DNA of 64,000 bases from Antedon mediterranea (taxonomy: Eukaryota > Animalia > Echinodermata), in the NCBI RefSeq assembly GCF_964355755.1, contig NC_092670.1:36258388-36322387 (forward strand). Direction: 5' to 3'. The notes beneath the pieces were generated by a model that was given only the letters and a program-made list of their open reading frames with translations, searched no databases and was not told the origin of the DNA. The translations under genes and the position numbers were made by a program. Shown piece by piece: positions 36,901 through 50,745 of the stretch; positions within the stretch are counted from its first letter, which is position 1, and the number at the start of each line of letters is the position of its first letter.

Positions 36901-39900
36901 TATTTGTTATTACTATATATAATAATGTAATTTGCATCGTAAAATAATAATTTCTGCGTTTAAAACACTTTATGGCATGCATCGGCGCTGTATTTTGAAA
37001 TGTATAACCAGACTGTTATTAGTAAATCTATTTTCCGATATGAATATTTTACCATAAGAAGAGAATACAGAAGAAGGTGCTAAATCTTATGATCAAATAT
37101 TTGTCTTCACTTTAGGAAATAGGGGATCCTCATTGTGTTGTGAGAAAATTGTAGGCTAAGCTACCTATAACCGTTAGTGAATTGTCTATGTTCAATGTGG
37201 ACGCACATTCCACAAGAGTTGACACTCGGGCCATGCCAATTTCTTAATCAAATTTGACCATCCTATAGTTTGTATCATGTCTAGACCTACAGTAGGTCTA
37301 CGTATGTTTTCAATTTTCCACATACAAAATGATATGCGTGTACAGCATTTTTATACATTAGCAGTATATTACGTTAAATAGCTTGGGGAAAAACATAAAA
37401 CAACATTAGTTAGTGCCGGTAAACGCCGCGCCGTGACTTCTCTACACCACCAGGTGTGTTAATACACCGATGGGAATCTTGCGGTGAATCTTGTATGAAG
37501 AAGACTATACGTTTTATGTGTTGCGGTATTTAAATACCGCAATGCAGTTTGCAAAGCATGTTGTCATGATGCTATAGTTTGTAAGGAAATCACGTTTGAA
37601 ATGGCGCCAGTCGTAGATTCGAGTCAGAACCATTTCTATTCATGATCTGCTGAAGAAATTTCCAAAGTTACAATCTAAATTAATCTAAAACTGTATACAA
37701 CATTGAGAATTTATATTTTAACGGTCTGTCTTTTTAAAATAAAAATCATACAACTTATGCATGCATTATCAAAATAATATTATACATAATATAAATAAAT
37801 AATATATAAATAATATATACATTTTTATCGTTCTCTAAAAAAAGACAATTGCTCCGCCTAACAGAATGTTAGAATGCCTATTAAAATTATGAATTTGTTT
37901 AGTATGACTGTTTTGCCCATTGACTACTAATAAAATACTATTAATAAAGAACAAAAAAACAATAAAACTTATGCATGAATTATTAAAACAATATAGGCCT
38001 ACATTTTTATCGTTCTAAAAAAAAAGACATTATAATATGTCGACTCGACTATAATACAGTAATGCCATTGCCTTAATACAAATATTATTTGTTTTAGTAC
38101 ATGACTGTGTTGCCCATTGCATTGCACAATATTGCATATTAGTAGGCCCAGATTACGAAAATTCACTTTGGCCTATACAGTATTCACTTTTCTCAGGGAT
38201 GTTATAACCGGGGTTATAACTCCTTGATTTTTCTGACAACAATTCCAGGCCTTAGGAAAATACTAATGATATAGCCTCTACTGAATATCTTTTACACATT
38301 ATGTGGCTACGACTGCAAATAGATTCACGATCATAACTGCTGAGTTCCGACATTCTAATAAACATGCACATAAATCAACTTTGGCTTTAATAATTTGCAA
38401 GCATAATAACAACTGCGGAATCTTCGATGATGGAGCTTTTCCATTATCGACAATACACGTACCTATTGAAATAATTAAATGCATTTGAAACCCATCACCG
38501 TAACGTGCTTCATTAGCAGAAAACAGAAGAAAGATAAACAATTAGCTGAGTAAATGATGGTGATATATGTCTACTTCAATGTAGTCTTTGTGGTCTTCAA
38601 GTCTCCAGCTTAAATCATCAGCAATCATTGTCTAATTAATTAAGATACGGTTCTATAATTGATAAAAATGATAAACGCTTCGAACGGCCTTTAGGACGCC
38701 CATAACTTTTTACTATCGTTTACGATTTAGCCTACATGAAACTTAGTCTGGTGAGGAGAGCAGCTTTTTGGACTTCTCGCTGTTTATACGAATGCGAGGG
38801 GGCCTAGATATTTGTTTCTCTCTTGCACTTTCCAAACGTTAATCTCGACCTTTTCGTATACATTTTTCTTCTATGACTCTAATCAAGCATTACACTTGAC
38901 ATGGAAGAAACGCCGAGTCCATGCTTGGCACGTAACTATCTATAAAGCGTGGTTCCCACTAGCGACGCAACGCAAGGACGTAACGCAACGCAAGTGAATT
39001 GACCAATCACAAGCGATGGCTTATTCGCTTGTGATTGCTAACTGTCTATAACTTCGCTTGTCATTGGTTAAAACGCTTGCGTTGCGTTTACGTCCTTGCG
39101 TTACGTTCTAGTGGGAACCAAGCTTTAGGCTTCACACTAGGACGGGACGCAACGTAAGTGCAACACAAGCTATTTGACCAATGACATGCGACAGTTCGGA
39201 TAATCCATCGCTTGTGATTAGTCAAATCACTCGCGTTGCGATTACGACGTCGATTGCGTTGCGTCCTGGGAACCAAGTTTAAGAGCACAAGGCAAAGTCA
39301 TCCATACGTACACGCGTGTACGAAATGTAAGGGATCGGATAGTTCAGATGCAACCGCGAGCTTGGACGCAATGAGAGGACGACGCATTAAGTAATCGTCA
39401 ACCACAAGCAACCTCTCGGATATAGTCTAGTCTACTATCAATAATGCGCTTGTGATTGGTCAAATTGTCTGCGTTGCGATACCGTACGTCCTGCTTTGCG
39501 TTGCGTCTAGTGGGAAACTTAAGCTTAAGATTAATCAGCACGTGTGAATTCGCGAATTTGACGTAAATAAATCTAAGAATGTCATTAGTCAGCCTGATCA
39601 CTCAGGGATTTAAATGATCATCATTTCAATCGCTTCAAGTTTCATTGACAAGTATTATTACAATTGACGTGTACGTCTACGTCACTACCGTAAGTATAGG
39701 AAGGTAAACACATTCGATTTCATGGTTTCGACTTAATTTTTTTTTAATCTCTTGAATTCTTATTTTATATAATCAACAACGGATGAAATTTGGTGGGTTA
39801 TGTTTTTGCATAATGATATCGGATATCTTAGGCCTTTGCATTGTTTTCATCAACGTTGTATGTTCTCAATACAAATTCTAAATAATCCTTACATTATGAC

Positions 39901-42574
39901 AGGTCTACTATATCAAAATAAAATCAGCAGTGGCTGATAAGCATGATCATAATCGTCATCCACCAGCAATAGGTATCTGTCGATTTTCGACAACTAAATT
40001 ACGTTTTAAACTATGTTAGTTCATTGTGCGCATGCGGAGATATTGGGACGCGTGTACGTGTACTCCTCATCTCGACACAGGTTATGTTTTCTAAGCCCAG
40101 GTGACGACACATTTTGACCTGACCTAGTTTGATCGTCGGTCCGGACACATCGAAAAATCCCTATTGTCATAATCAAAATCATCATCATCTTCACCACACA
40201 CGTCCGTTCTATCTTCCTTCCGCACCATGATTCAACAATCCCCATTTTCATCATTTTGTCTATCATCTATTAGTCGCATCGTCATAATAGTCGTCGGTAT
40301 CATTATTACTATCATTGTTACATTAAATCGTCTTTATCATCATCATCGATATGATCATAATCAATACGTTTTTTTATCATTATTATTATTATCATCCTTA
40401 TTCTGCGACTGTCTCATTTTACAATTTTAGCGTATCATAAATGCTTCATTCACACGATCTTTCAAAGTGCATCTTCATCATCAATCGATCATTCGTCATT
40501 TTCATTAAAGCTGTGTTACCCGATCTTTCCAATTTATGATAATTACCCAAAATATGCCTCGAGATCTCCTGATAAAATGCAATTTTCCCGATAATTTGAA
40601 TAAACCAAAACATCTCCCGATATGTAGGCCTATATTTATAATTTCTACTATATTCTAGATATTGATAAGATAATAGAAAACATAATAATACCGGTCCGTT
40701 TATAATGTTTATAATCCATTCATGCGTTGTTTACTAAGTGAAATAATGAGTTAAAGGTATCTTTCGCCTTTGGAACGCATTATATAATAATAAAGCTCTG
40801 TCTACACTATCAAACTTTATGTGATGTGCACATATCGACATGATGGTGTCATATCACTACCATATTTAAGCATATTTGGGCACTTTTTTTGTCAAACTAG
40901 TTTGATTATGTAGACAGGACTTAATAGATGCTAATATTGTTTGGGTTTATAGCGCCCTCTGTAGTTTGATGTAGTAGTATAGCGCCCTCTATAGTTTCAT
41001 AAACCTTCCGACCTTTCATTTTTCGAAGTTGGAAGGTCTCACTTCAAGACATTCAAATCAAGTACGTGGTGTACCACAACCATATTTTACATAATGTATG
41101 ATGATGTGCACCACCACCACTATCATGATCATTCGATCGTAGACGCATCTCCAGACACCAAGAAAAGTATAGTACACATCCACCACTCTCATGATCATTC
41201 GTAGACGCTTCTCCAGACACCAAGAATAAAAAAGTATAGAACATCTTAATTATATTGCTTTAGGCTGAGTGGTAAATTAAAGTAAATAGTAGATGATGAC
41301 TAATATTGGATGTGCGTGTGCGATAACTTTGAAGTGTGTCAGTTTTGCCGCCAGGTGAGGTAGTAGATGTCTTTTGTCGTATCGTCGGCTTGATGGGTTT
41401 AGAACACCCGAAGCGCGAGACACGCTGGGTTTCACTCACAAAATCGATCGAGAATCGAAAACTAGAACAGTCCACAGGGAGATGTCACAGCTATATTCGA
41501 CTACCCAGATAATATACAAAGTATTCTGACTACATGTATGGCCCAGAATTTTCAGAACCGTATCGTAAAAAAAAATTATTGTCCTGGTTAAAAATATTAA
41601 AATGATTATATTATTTTTAATAAATATAAAATGGTTTAGTTATGTACAATTCTAGATAGTCTTGGCAATGTAAGCCTACACGTGGATGTATCTTTTACCA
41701 ATTCGGCGTTTCATACGGAGAATATTTTCACAATACAGTAGTACAAAGTGTGCCCATAATTAGGCATAATACCTTTAAATATCAGCAAACGTAAGAGACC
41801 TGACGATTTGCCATAATCATAATTATTGGCATTTTTGTTGTTTTACAGCAGGTTAACCTGTGCAATAGATCGTCAAAATTAATTAATTCCTGAAGATGTT
41901 TTGGTGGAGGCGATCGCATCATATCTATAACCATAACCATCATTGATCATAAACATATCATTGACAAAAGGTGATAAGGTTTAGTTAAAAGAAACTAATC
42001 TAAGCTTAACACCAACTTGCATAAGAAATAGTATAATTAAGAAATATGCCATATGTTGAAATAATTATTGAAGGCCAGGTAGGCAAAAAAAAAAGAACCT
42101 GATTTCCTCAATACATTGCGCATTTCCGATAAAGCCTTTGAAATTTATTGCCAGAAACGTGAATTATGATTGGGATTTTCTTTTCACTGTTTATTTAAAT
42201 TAATGAATTACGATGTTGCATATTTTACCTCATGTTTGCAATCATTAAAGTAAATTAGGTAACTTTAATTAAATAGATAGTAATTACAAGACTGTTGCCT
42301 AGCAACTGTCTTACATAATGAGTACCTGGATGCGTGACGTCATCGTTTACACTCCGTGCTCATCAACTAAATCGGAAACTGCAGAACAAAGAGAACAATT
42401 TCCTTTTTAGATATCATTAGTCCACGACACGCATACTGTACTAGATTACGGTACGCTACACAATGTATGTGAAAGGGAAAATTATGATAACAAGATCTCA
42501 TTGCGGTGCTTGAGGTTCATATTCATCCCTTGTATCCTCATGCAAACTACCATATATATTTTTTTGATTTATAC

Positions 42575-42770
42575 TAGCCGACCTCTTCAATCAAAGACTG
42601 GTCTCCCAGAGGGCACGGTTATGACCAGTGGCTGTGATGTAGTACACCGGGGTAACCCACTAGGCCTACTCGTCTCGAAAGATGTACTAGGTTCTTTAAA
42701 GTGCACATGTGCTAGATGTGTACACTGGACCAGCCTACGGTTTATCAGTCCTAGAAGTCTCGTTCTACCA
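42575..42770 (-). mobile_element. SINE fragment, same family as 1467-1612
   Basis: Direct similarity to the 1467-1612 copy. Confidence 0.65.
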
Positions 42771-45700
42771 CCATGCGAGTGAGCCTAGTCCAACCCTTAC
42801 CCATGTTGTAATATGGTTACGTAATTACGGTTCCACTGTCTTAACTTACTCACTACCAGGTGAACTCCTATATGATTGAATAGATTACGAGGCCCAGTAC
42901 TTTTCTTTCTACAGCAAGTCAGAATAATGTGAGAGTGTGTGGATAACAAACCATCGAGAGACACCGTTGAGTGACACTTGGCAAAATGTTACCCCCTGCC
43001 TCTTATGTCCCCTGGCAGAATCAGATTTGCAATTATTTAATAATTAATTCTCATCTTTCTACAAAAGGCGTAGAATACAAGCTCATCCCGTCAATCTGCT
43101 TTCGTTCCACACCATTAATGTTATCTCATAAGGTGTTGTCCCTCACTACACTAATCAATCACCCTCTCGTTCGACGCAATTTACAGTCTCTACTGTCCGG
43201 CTACGCGTGACCCGGGCGTTCTAATGCGTGCAGTGTGGTTAATTATTCATTGAGCCTAGCTCATCCTTTGTTCATTCGATTATTGAGAGTGACAGGATTA
43301 ACAGGAATGTCGCTTGAGACACGTGTATGCCTAGAAGCGTGTTTTGATTATGGGTTGGTTACAGGTTGTGTTTTATAACATATTTTAATGACACTATGTT
43401 GCATGACAGACATGAATGTCAATCAGGTCAACAGTTTTCAGTGAAGATAATGTGACGTAGCAGAAAACGCGCGAATTATACAGTTCCTAATGGAACGCAA
43501 AAAGTAATTTGACCAATCACGACAGGTCGATCATCCGAAATGTCGCTTGTGATTGGTCAACTCACTTGCGTTGTGCCTATAGAGTTACTAGTACGTCTTT
43601 GCGTTGCGTCTATGTTGCACCGAGCTTTATGTATCTTTACTGCTGTGTTGTTGAAAGATGTTTTGTCAGCCTGGAAATAAAATTAAACTGTCGAAATTTA
43701 TCACAATGCTCAAATTAGTAACATCTCATCAATTATAAATTTAGTATGATAAGTTGTTCCGTGAAAGTGTTAAGATGCTATTAAAGCGTCGATGTAAAAC
43801 CGAACTGAAAACGTCAATCATCTGCTCAACAGATTTCAAAACACAGAGAAAATTGGAAGTTTGGAATTCGAATACTAATTAAGTATGCAAAATCAATAAA
43901 TATTTCACTTTCTTGGTAAGAAAGTAAATATAATTTGTCGGTCATTACATCATTAGCCAAAAAAAAAAAAAAACAGACGATAAGAACAAAAATAGAATCG
44001 ATGTTTTGCATGCACGCGGTGGGCGTTTGAGCGGAACCCAACCCGCTCAGGATAGCTAGATACAGATTCTACGCTCGTCTCTTTATTGCGGAAGTATTTT
44101 TTTTTTTAGAAAATCAACATTTTTAATTAGGGATACGGCCAGTGGCGTAACGGCTACGAGCTTAAGCTTATGGGGGTCCCCTGAGCAATGTCCAGGCATT
44201 GAAATATGTCGAAAAATGATAACAACGCCCGAGATCTCTAGCGTTGAAAGGCCACTTTGGGTTCCTAAGCCACGGTCCTCAGCCTCTGCGTTACGCCACT
44301 GGATAACACGGCGAAGACAGAATTATACTAGAATCTAAAAGACACTGAATTAATGGTACAACTGTGATGATTATCTTATATCCATTGGTACAAACATTTT
44401 GATAAATAGGCCCTACAGTAAACCAGAATCTGCTCCCGTGCCTGGGGTTCATACTGATTGCACTGAGAACCACACGGTCTACCAGGTATTCCGAGGAAAA
44501 TAAATTATTGACAAATACGAGACGGGCTTAAAACAATTCTGAATTTAGTGTGATTTCGACAATCTACTTCTCCGTCCGGTGCATGGTAGAGTGGGGTTTT
44601 CACATGTCAATTTGCCACTATTTCTTTTCACCATGTTTTCTATGATAATATGCTCACGATGGCTTAGATATAAAATTATGACTGTTTCTGTTCTCTTGTA
44701 CCACCCAAATTAAGTTTTCATTCAGATTGTATATAATTTTTCTTTGCTATGTTTCAATTACTAGACCTATATTTTATTCAGGATTCTCAGTGTTCATGTT
44801 GTTCGCTGTATTTTCTTAATTACTGAATGGGAACGCTTATTTTTAACTGTTATTATCGGTAAATGAGTCATCCTTTCATTAAAGAAGGCTAATATATCAT
44901 TATATCTAATGTATTCTCTATCGATGAGTCAGGAATACATAAATACATATGTAATCATTGTTGTTCATGTAGGCCTATGTTTGGCCATTATCCATCCGCA
45001 ACCCTCAATGGTTATGAAAACATCGATCGACCCTTTATGACGGTTTACTACTTTTGATAATGTTATTCAAAAAGTAGGCCTAGGGCATAGGCTTACGTAA
45101 ATCCTCAATATTCATTACTAACTGTTCCATTCCTTCTTGAAGGATAAACTTCTAATGTTATATTATGATATACATCTTACATCTTATTATTATAGTCATG
45201 TCGCTTAGGTCTTATTTTTGGCCATACGCTAATATATCAATTAGCGAGCATTGGGCCACCAGTTTAACACCAATGATTTTCGATATTATTATTTTAATAA
45301 TAAGTGGTCAAAATGACGTCATTAAATTGTTCGAATTTTTGGGCACCCCTTCTAGTATTGCTAGTTAGGTCATAAAGAAGGTTTCTGCCAAGTTTGGTGC
45401 TTTTGTCACGAAGTAGGCCTACACTAAAAAAGCGACCCGACTATTAGGCTTATAACGGCATTATGTTACACATTACGTTAACAATCCTAATTATATTGGA
45501 TGTACAATAATTCTTTTTTAGCGTAGCAAATGATTATTGGGTGCCATTGGCGGGAAGTGGTCAGCGGTAATGTGTACCACCACTGAACTCACCACAAAGC
45601 ACATGCGTTAGCGTATAGCCTACTGGTTTAACGGGGGCGCGCTTAATAATTTAATTATGTAACTTTTTTTTTCCTGATTAACCCTGAACTAATGGCCAGT

Positions 45701-45919
45701 GTTTGTACACGCACGATCTCCCACGGGCTAGCTCAATTCCGTGTACTACGCGATCATATATTATTCATACAAAACGGATATTACAAACTTGTAACCACTG
45801 ATTTACTGGCCTATTGGGAGTTTAAACTACCAAAATCAATTATTGAGAATTGTGGGCATTAATTTGTTGATTTGTCAGGTATCAGAAAAATTCACGCGAA
45901 ACGCACTGTGGCGTCAAAA

Positions 45920-46450
45920 CCTCTGAATTCATTCATGAAAGATGATGATTTTTTATATAAACATATTAATCACACACTAACGAAGCTTGTATATTTCTGT
46001 CATACAAGTATATAAATTATTTGAAGGTTACTATTTTATGATATTAGCAATATAAAACATTAATAGGCCTAATTGTTACGAATAATGTTTCATTTATTGA
46101 ATTATTAAACTCTGATACATGCATTCTCGGGCTGGGTGTATCGTAGTCTGTGATGGCGCTAGTTACACTCCGTTATCCATGATTAATGACGTAATGCATA
46201 AACACAACCTCTAGAATTCATTCATGAAAGAATGATGATGACTTTTTTAAAAACACGAAGGACATGTATATTTTCTGTCATATACAGTATATAAATTATT
46301 TGAAGGTTACTATTTTATGATATTAACAATTATAAAACATTAATCTTTTCTACGAATAGTGTGTCATTTATTGAGGAATTAAACTCATCTGTGATGGCGC
46401 TAGTTACAGTCCGTTATGCATGGTTAATTAAGAATGACGTAATGCATAAA
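45920..46450. repeat. Diverged tandem duplication of about 285 bp; similar local duplications at 37750-38120, 41105-41245 and 60760-61260
   Basis: GAATTCATTCATGAAAGA...TGTGATGGCGCTAGTTACA...GACGTAATGCATAAAC occurs twice. Confidence 0.85.
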
Positions 46451-49400
46451 CGGCATTAGACGTGTCTGTAAATATTGTTTGTTTTAATATGTTAGTTTTT
46501 ATGTTTCGATTTTTTGTGTGATTTTTTTACTAATAATCGAAACACAGTCTATAGACTAGAGCTAGTTTGACAAGTGTGATTTACTCAAATACTGTAGTGA
46601 TAATTATGACATCACCATGTCTATATATGCGCACATCACATTTTTTGGACACATAAAGTTTGATAATGTAGACAGAGCTTACGGCAAATACGGAGAAAGA
46701 ATTGTACTCTGGGTTCATTGTGGGTACGGGAGACCGGTATACATAATGCTATTGTAAAAAGCCAGTTGTTTTGTGAATAAAGTACGAATGAATTTAGCTG
46801 ATTGTTAAATTTAACTTGTCTTATTTTATCTTGTCTTTCAAGATTATTGACGGAAATCATACATCAATGACCTTGTTTACCATTATTAATTATATAGGCC
46901 TATATAATTATTTCAGCATTCTCTACTTTAGATTTAAACATATGTCCATGTTGATTGTGAATAGGATTCAGCATTGGAGCATCTGTACTAATGTATATCA
47001 CTTCACGAACAGTGATTCTTTTTCAGTTGAAGACTGAAAATTAATCGGGGGAACACAGAGAATGATATTGCAAAAAAATGCAATTTATTAGGCCGCCTAT
47101 TACACGTAAATAAATGTTTGTTATGGATTAATGACTATCAAACACAATTATATTGTTTACAATTAACCTGAAATTTACGTAATATAATCTGAATGGAAAT
47201 CATAAGTTTCATTTGTAATAATAAGCCTGATCATCAAATAATCCATAATCTCCACTGGAATCAAACTTGACAAGATGCCAAATTAAAGTCTGGTCGTAAA
47301 AAAACTATTAACGTTTCGTAGTTGTTTCGTGTGGAAATCTACGGCTATTTTATAGACCTATCTGGTGGTTGGTCTGTCATAACTATTACATGCGTGTAAT
47401 ATTCATGCGAAGCATGGCATTATAAAAGGTGGGTGTCAATAATCACATTTCTAACATTGTATATCACCTTAACTAATGTTATTGAAGGGAAAATAAATGA
47501 TCAAAGTAAAATTTACCAATATAACCTGATTTTGAAAAAATACCACCAATTACCTAGCTGGGCAAAGTTTGACAGCCTTGTTCTTGCATTGGGCATTCGC
47601 ATTCATTTTAACAATTTCACCTCTCATATAAGACAATATTAAAAGTAAAAGATCCAATCTTTAAGTTTGACTTATAACTGCATTATTCAATATTACAATT
47701 TTCATAGTTTTAATATTTTATAATAATAATAATTCAAAATAAATGAGTGAGGTGGACTGCGCAGTGCATGTTTAGGCCTATGTTCTCTAAATTTGATTAA
47801 ATTCCACAAATGGATATATTTGACGACTGCCTTTTTTAAGAACTGGACAAGAGACTCACAGACTCTCTTCACACGTGCTTTGGGGTTTGCGCATGCCCAG
47901 TCCGAGTTTCCAAATACTCATTTTTTTCAGCCGTAGTAAACTATGAGCTTTCGCGTGACACAGTTTCCTAATGCTTAACCGTCCTCTTGAATTTAACTGC
48001 CTAAAGGCGCGGCGCAATAAACACTTAAAAACAGAGGCCTACAATAAAAGTGAAACGACCCTACGACGACGAAAGAATGGATCTGCAATTATAAAGTCAC
48101 GTAAATCTCATCAAAGACCAAATCCGATTTCTAGATAAAAATAATATCTTATTTATTACTGTCTGCGGAAGCGATTTAATTTTTCTTTTATCAACCTGGG
48201 AGGAGATGCATCGTAATAAATTACTTCAATTCAAAAAACATCTCTGTCATGCTTCAGTGCACACAGACTGATTGATTATGTTATAATTTTCTTTTTATCA
48301 AATATTATGGATTTAGAATAACGAATTGATCCGATAATGGATCGCAAGCTATACACTGATGACTTCCACGAAAAACACTACTGGCCTATTATGCGAATAC
48401 AATTAGGCCTATGATCTTAATCAGGCCTTTGGTTTAGAATCAAGATAAAGAGCCTGGCAACCGTACATTTTGAATCTGGGTTTCTAGTGAATAGAAAGAA
48501 ATCATATAAATCGATATCTAGAAAACAACTCAGTCGATTGTCATACGGTGTCAAGCGATAATCTGGCGATAGAGAGGTTTATAATGATATATGATTGTTG
48601 TGGATTCACAAATTCAACGAAATAATCACTCAAAGGGTATAAGATTCTCTTTATTGTCTCTACGTGATATATTTTTAACGACATTCTATATGGGATCGAT
48701 TACCATTTTAATCAGAATTAGAAACAGACGTCATATTGTTTAAAAACAGATTTCTATTAAAAATATACATAACTATAATAATTGAAAGTTATACTAGATT
48801 AGCCTTAATTTGAAATCAAAATTCGAATAATAAGCCCTTATTCGTGCGTTATATATGTTTTCAATATAGTGTATGACCACTCTTTATCTAGCATGATGAT
48901 ACGGGATTATAACTGCTCTGAATGTTTTGAAACTGTGTTAATGTACCTCTAAAAATAACTATTCACAAGAAACAGAGGTGTAAATCTTGCACCTCCACTC
49001 GACGCATAAATTCAAGTTATTAGCCTATTAAGCCTGCTTTTTATGTCATCAATTATTTCCGAATTGTAAAAAATAAAATAAATAACGTTCAGTATAAAGC
49101 TCTGTCTACTATCAAAGTACTGACAAACAGTGTGATGTGCCTAAATATGGTAGTGATATGCACAAATATGGTAGTGATATGCACAAATATGGTAGTGATG
49201 ATTATGCACTATTATGGTAGTGATATGGCATCACCATGTCTATATATGGGCACATTTTCACATTTCACATTTTTTTTTTCACATAAAGTTTGATGGTGTA
49301 GACGTACATCTTAAGTCAAGGATATAAATGTCATGTTTAACATGCCTGACGAATGGCACGTGCGAGCGCATGTATAAGTATACGCGCCTACGGTACGAAT

Positions 49401-49730
49401 AGTATTCGTATATATTTGTTATATTCTCACTCAATTATATCAGTTAAGTCGATCATAATAATATCATCATAATTGTATATTTTTTTTAAATAATTTAACT
49501 ATGTGTAACCTCATCATGCAGCAACCGTACCGTACCGGTAACGTGTAGGCGGACTGGATAATTAAGTATCTACCGAATTTCACTCGAGGAGAATACACCT
49601 GCAGGTGTAACAATAAATCATGGAGAAAGATTCCTATATACTAATTGTACATCCCTCTGTGCGGTTTTTCACATACAGTAATAGTCTGGGTTAATAAGTA
49701 CTACTATAGCTATAAATAATATAATATAAA

Positions 49731-50062
49731 TATACGGCTTTACCACGTTGAAACACCGGTTCTCGTCAGATCACTGAAGTTTAGCGACGTTGGGCCTGAT
49801 TAGAGCTTGGATGGGAGACCATCTGGGGAATAGCGGGTGCTGTGTACGGAGCTGGGGTCCCGTTAGGCATTTGAAATCAGCATCTAGTATTTGCCTCAGA
49901 CCTCTGGTCAAGGTGGGCACTGAGAGAGAAGCCCTTGATCAATGTTAGGACCAATCAAGGTGCTTTAAACAGTCCTGGCTTTGTTTGTATCAAACCTGTT
50001 AGTGGCGGTAATTATCGCTGTTGGTTTCGATTGAATAAAATAAAATAAAATAAAAAATAATA
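49731..50062 (+). mobile_element. 5S rRNA-derived SINE (SINE3-like): 5S head, about 190-bp body, (TAAAA)n tail
   Basis: 49733-49845 aligns by eye with animal 5S rRNA (TACGGC.TACCACGTTGAAACACCGGTTCTCGTC.GATCAC.GAAG...CTTGGATGGG.GACC...GGGTGCTGT). It has substitutions and no T-run terminator, and continues into a GC-richer body and an A-rich tail. Confidence 0.75.
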
Positions 50063-50497
50063 ATAAACATTCAGTTTCAAACATTTGTGTGATTAGATCA
50101 TCGAGATATTAAGCCGAAGGCTAGATGACTATTCCATCCATGGACTGGATAGAAGTCTAGCGCGTATGATTAATCGCTATGGTAATGACAATCAAATCTA
50201 TTAATTCGGTCTATCGGGTGTGGTTTACCACAAGAACTAGGCTGCGCACCTATTTATTTTAATGAGGGGTAAGCTTAAAGTAACTCTTTGTTCTATCAAA
50301 CACAAATGTTTCCACGTGGAGCGGATAAAAGTGCCGACTGATGAGTGGTAATTGGAATAATGATGATTCAGAAGTTCAATGACATTGAATTTAACAGACA
50401 ATATAACAAGATGTTGAGATAAATGAATATGGAACATCCGATGTTACTTACATATTAGGCTAATCAATGGAAAAACTTTGTAATTGTTTTCGTTTTT

Positions 50498-50745
50498 TAT
50501 GGAAGCCCGTTCGGGCCACAAGTTAACTATATTTTAAAAGCTGTTATCTGGCGGCCGCCACTTAATTATCTGGCGGCCGTCACTTAATGATCTACTAAGT
50601 GGCGGCCGCCAGATAATTAAGTGGCGGCCGCCAGATAATTAAGTGGCGGCCGCCAGATAATTAAGTGGCGGCCGCCAGTTAATTATCTGCTTTTTTTAAC
50701 AGCTTTTCAAATATAGTTAACTTGTGGCCCGAACGGGCTTCCGTA
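50498..50745. mobile_element. IS3EU-like foldback MITE with internal 22-bp GCGGCCGC-containing repeats
   Basis: TATGGAAG...CTTCCGTA termini, exact 6-bp TSD GTTTTT, almost fully palindromic. Confidence 0.78.

Noticed and set aside
38299-38541. Short ORFs in the 34-64 kb region as host exons
   Set aside because: No recognisable domains or consistent splice sites; their lengths are expected by chance or derive from repeats.
41356-41377. let-7-like sequence TGAGGTAGTAGATG
   Set aside because: Only 13 nt match, the 3' half diverges, and there is no complementary star arm for a pre-miRNA hairpin.
49731-49846. Functional 5S rRNA gene
   Set aside because: It has substitutions in the internal control region, an altered 3' end, no oligo-T terminator and is not in an array; treated as a SINE head.
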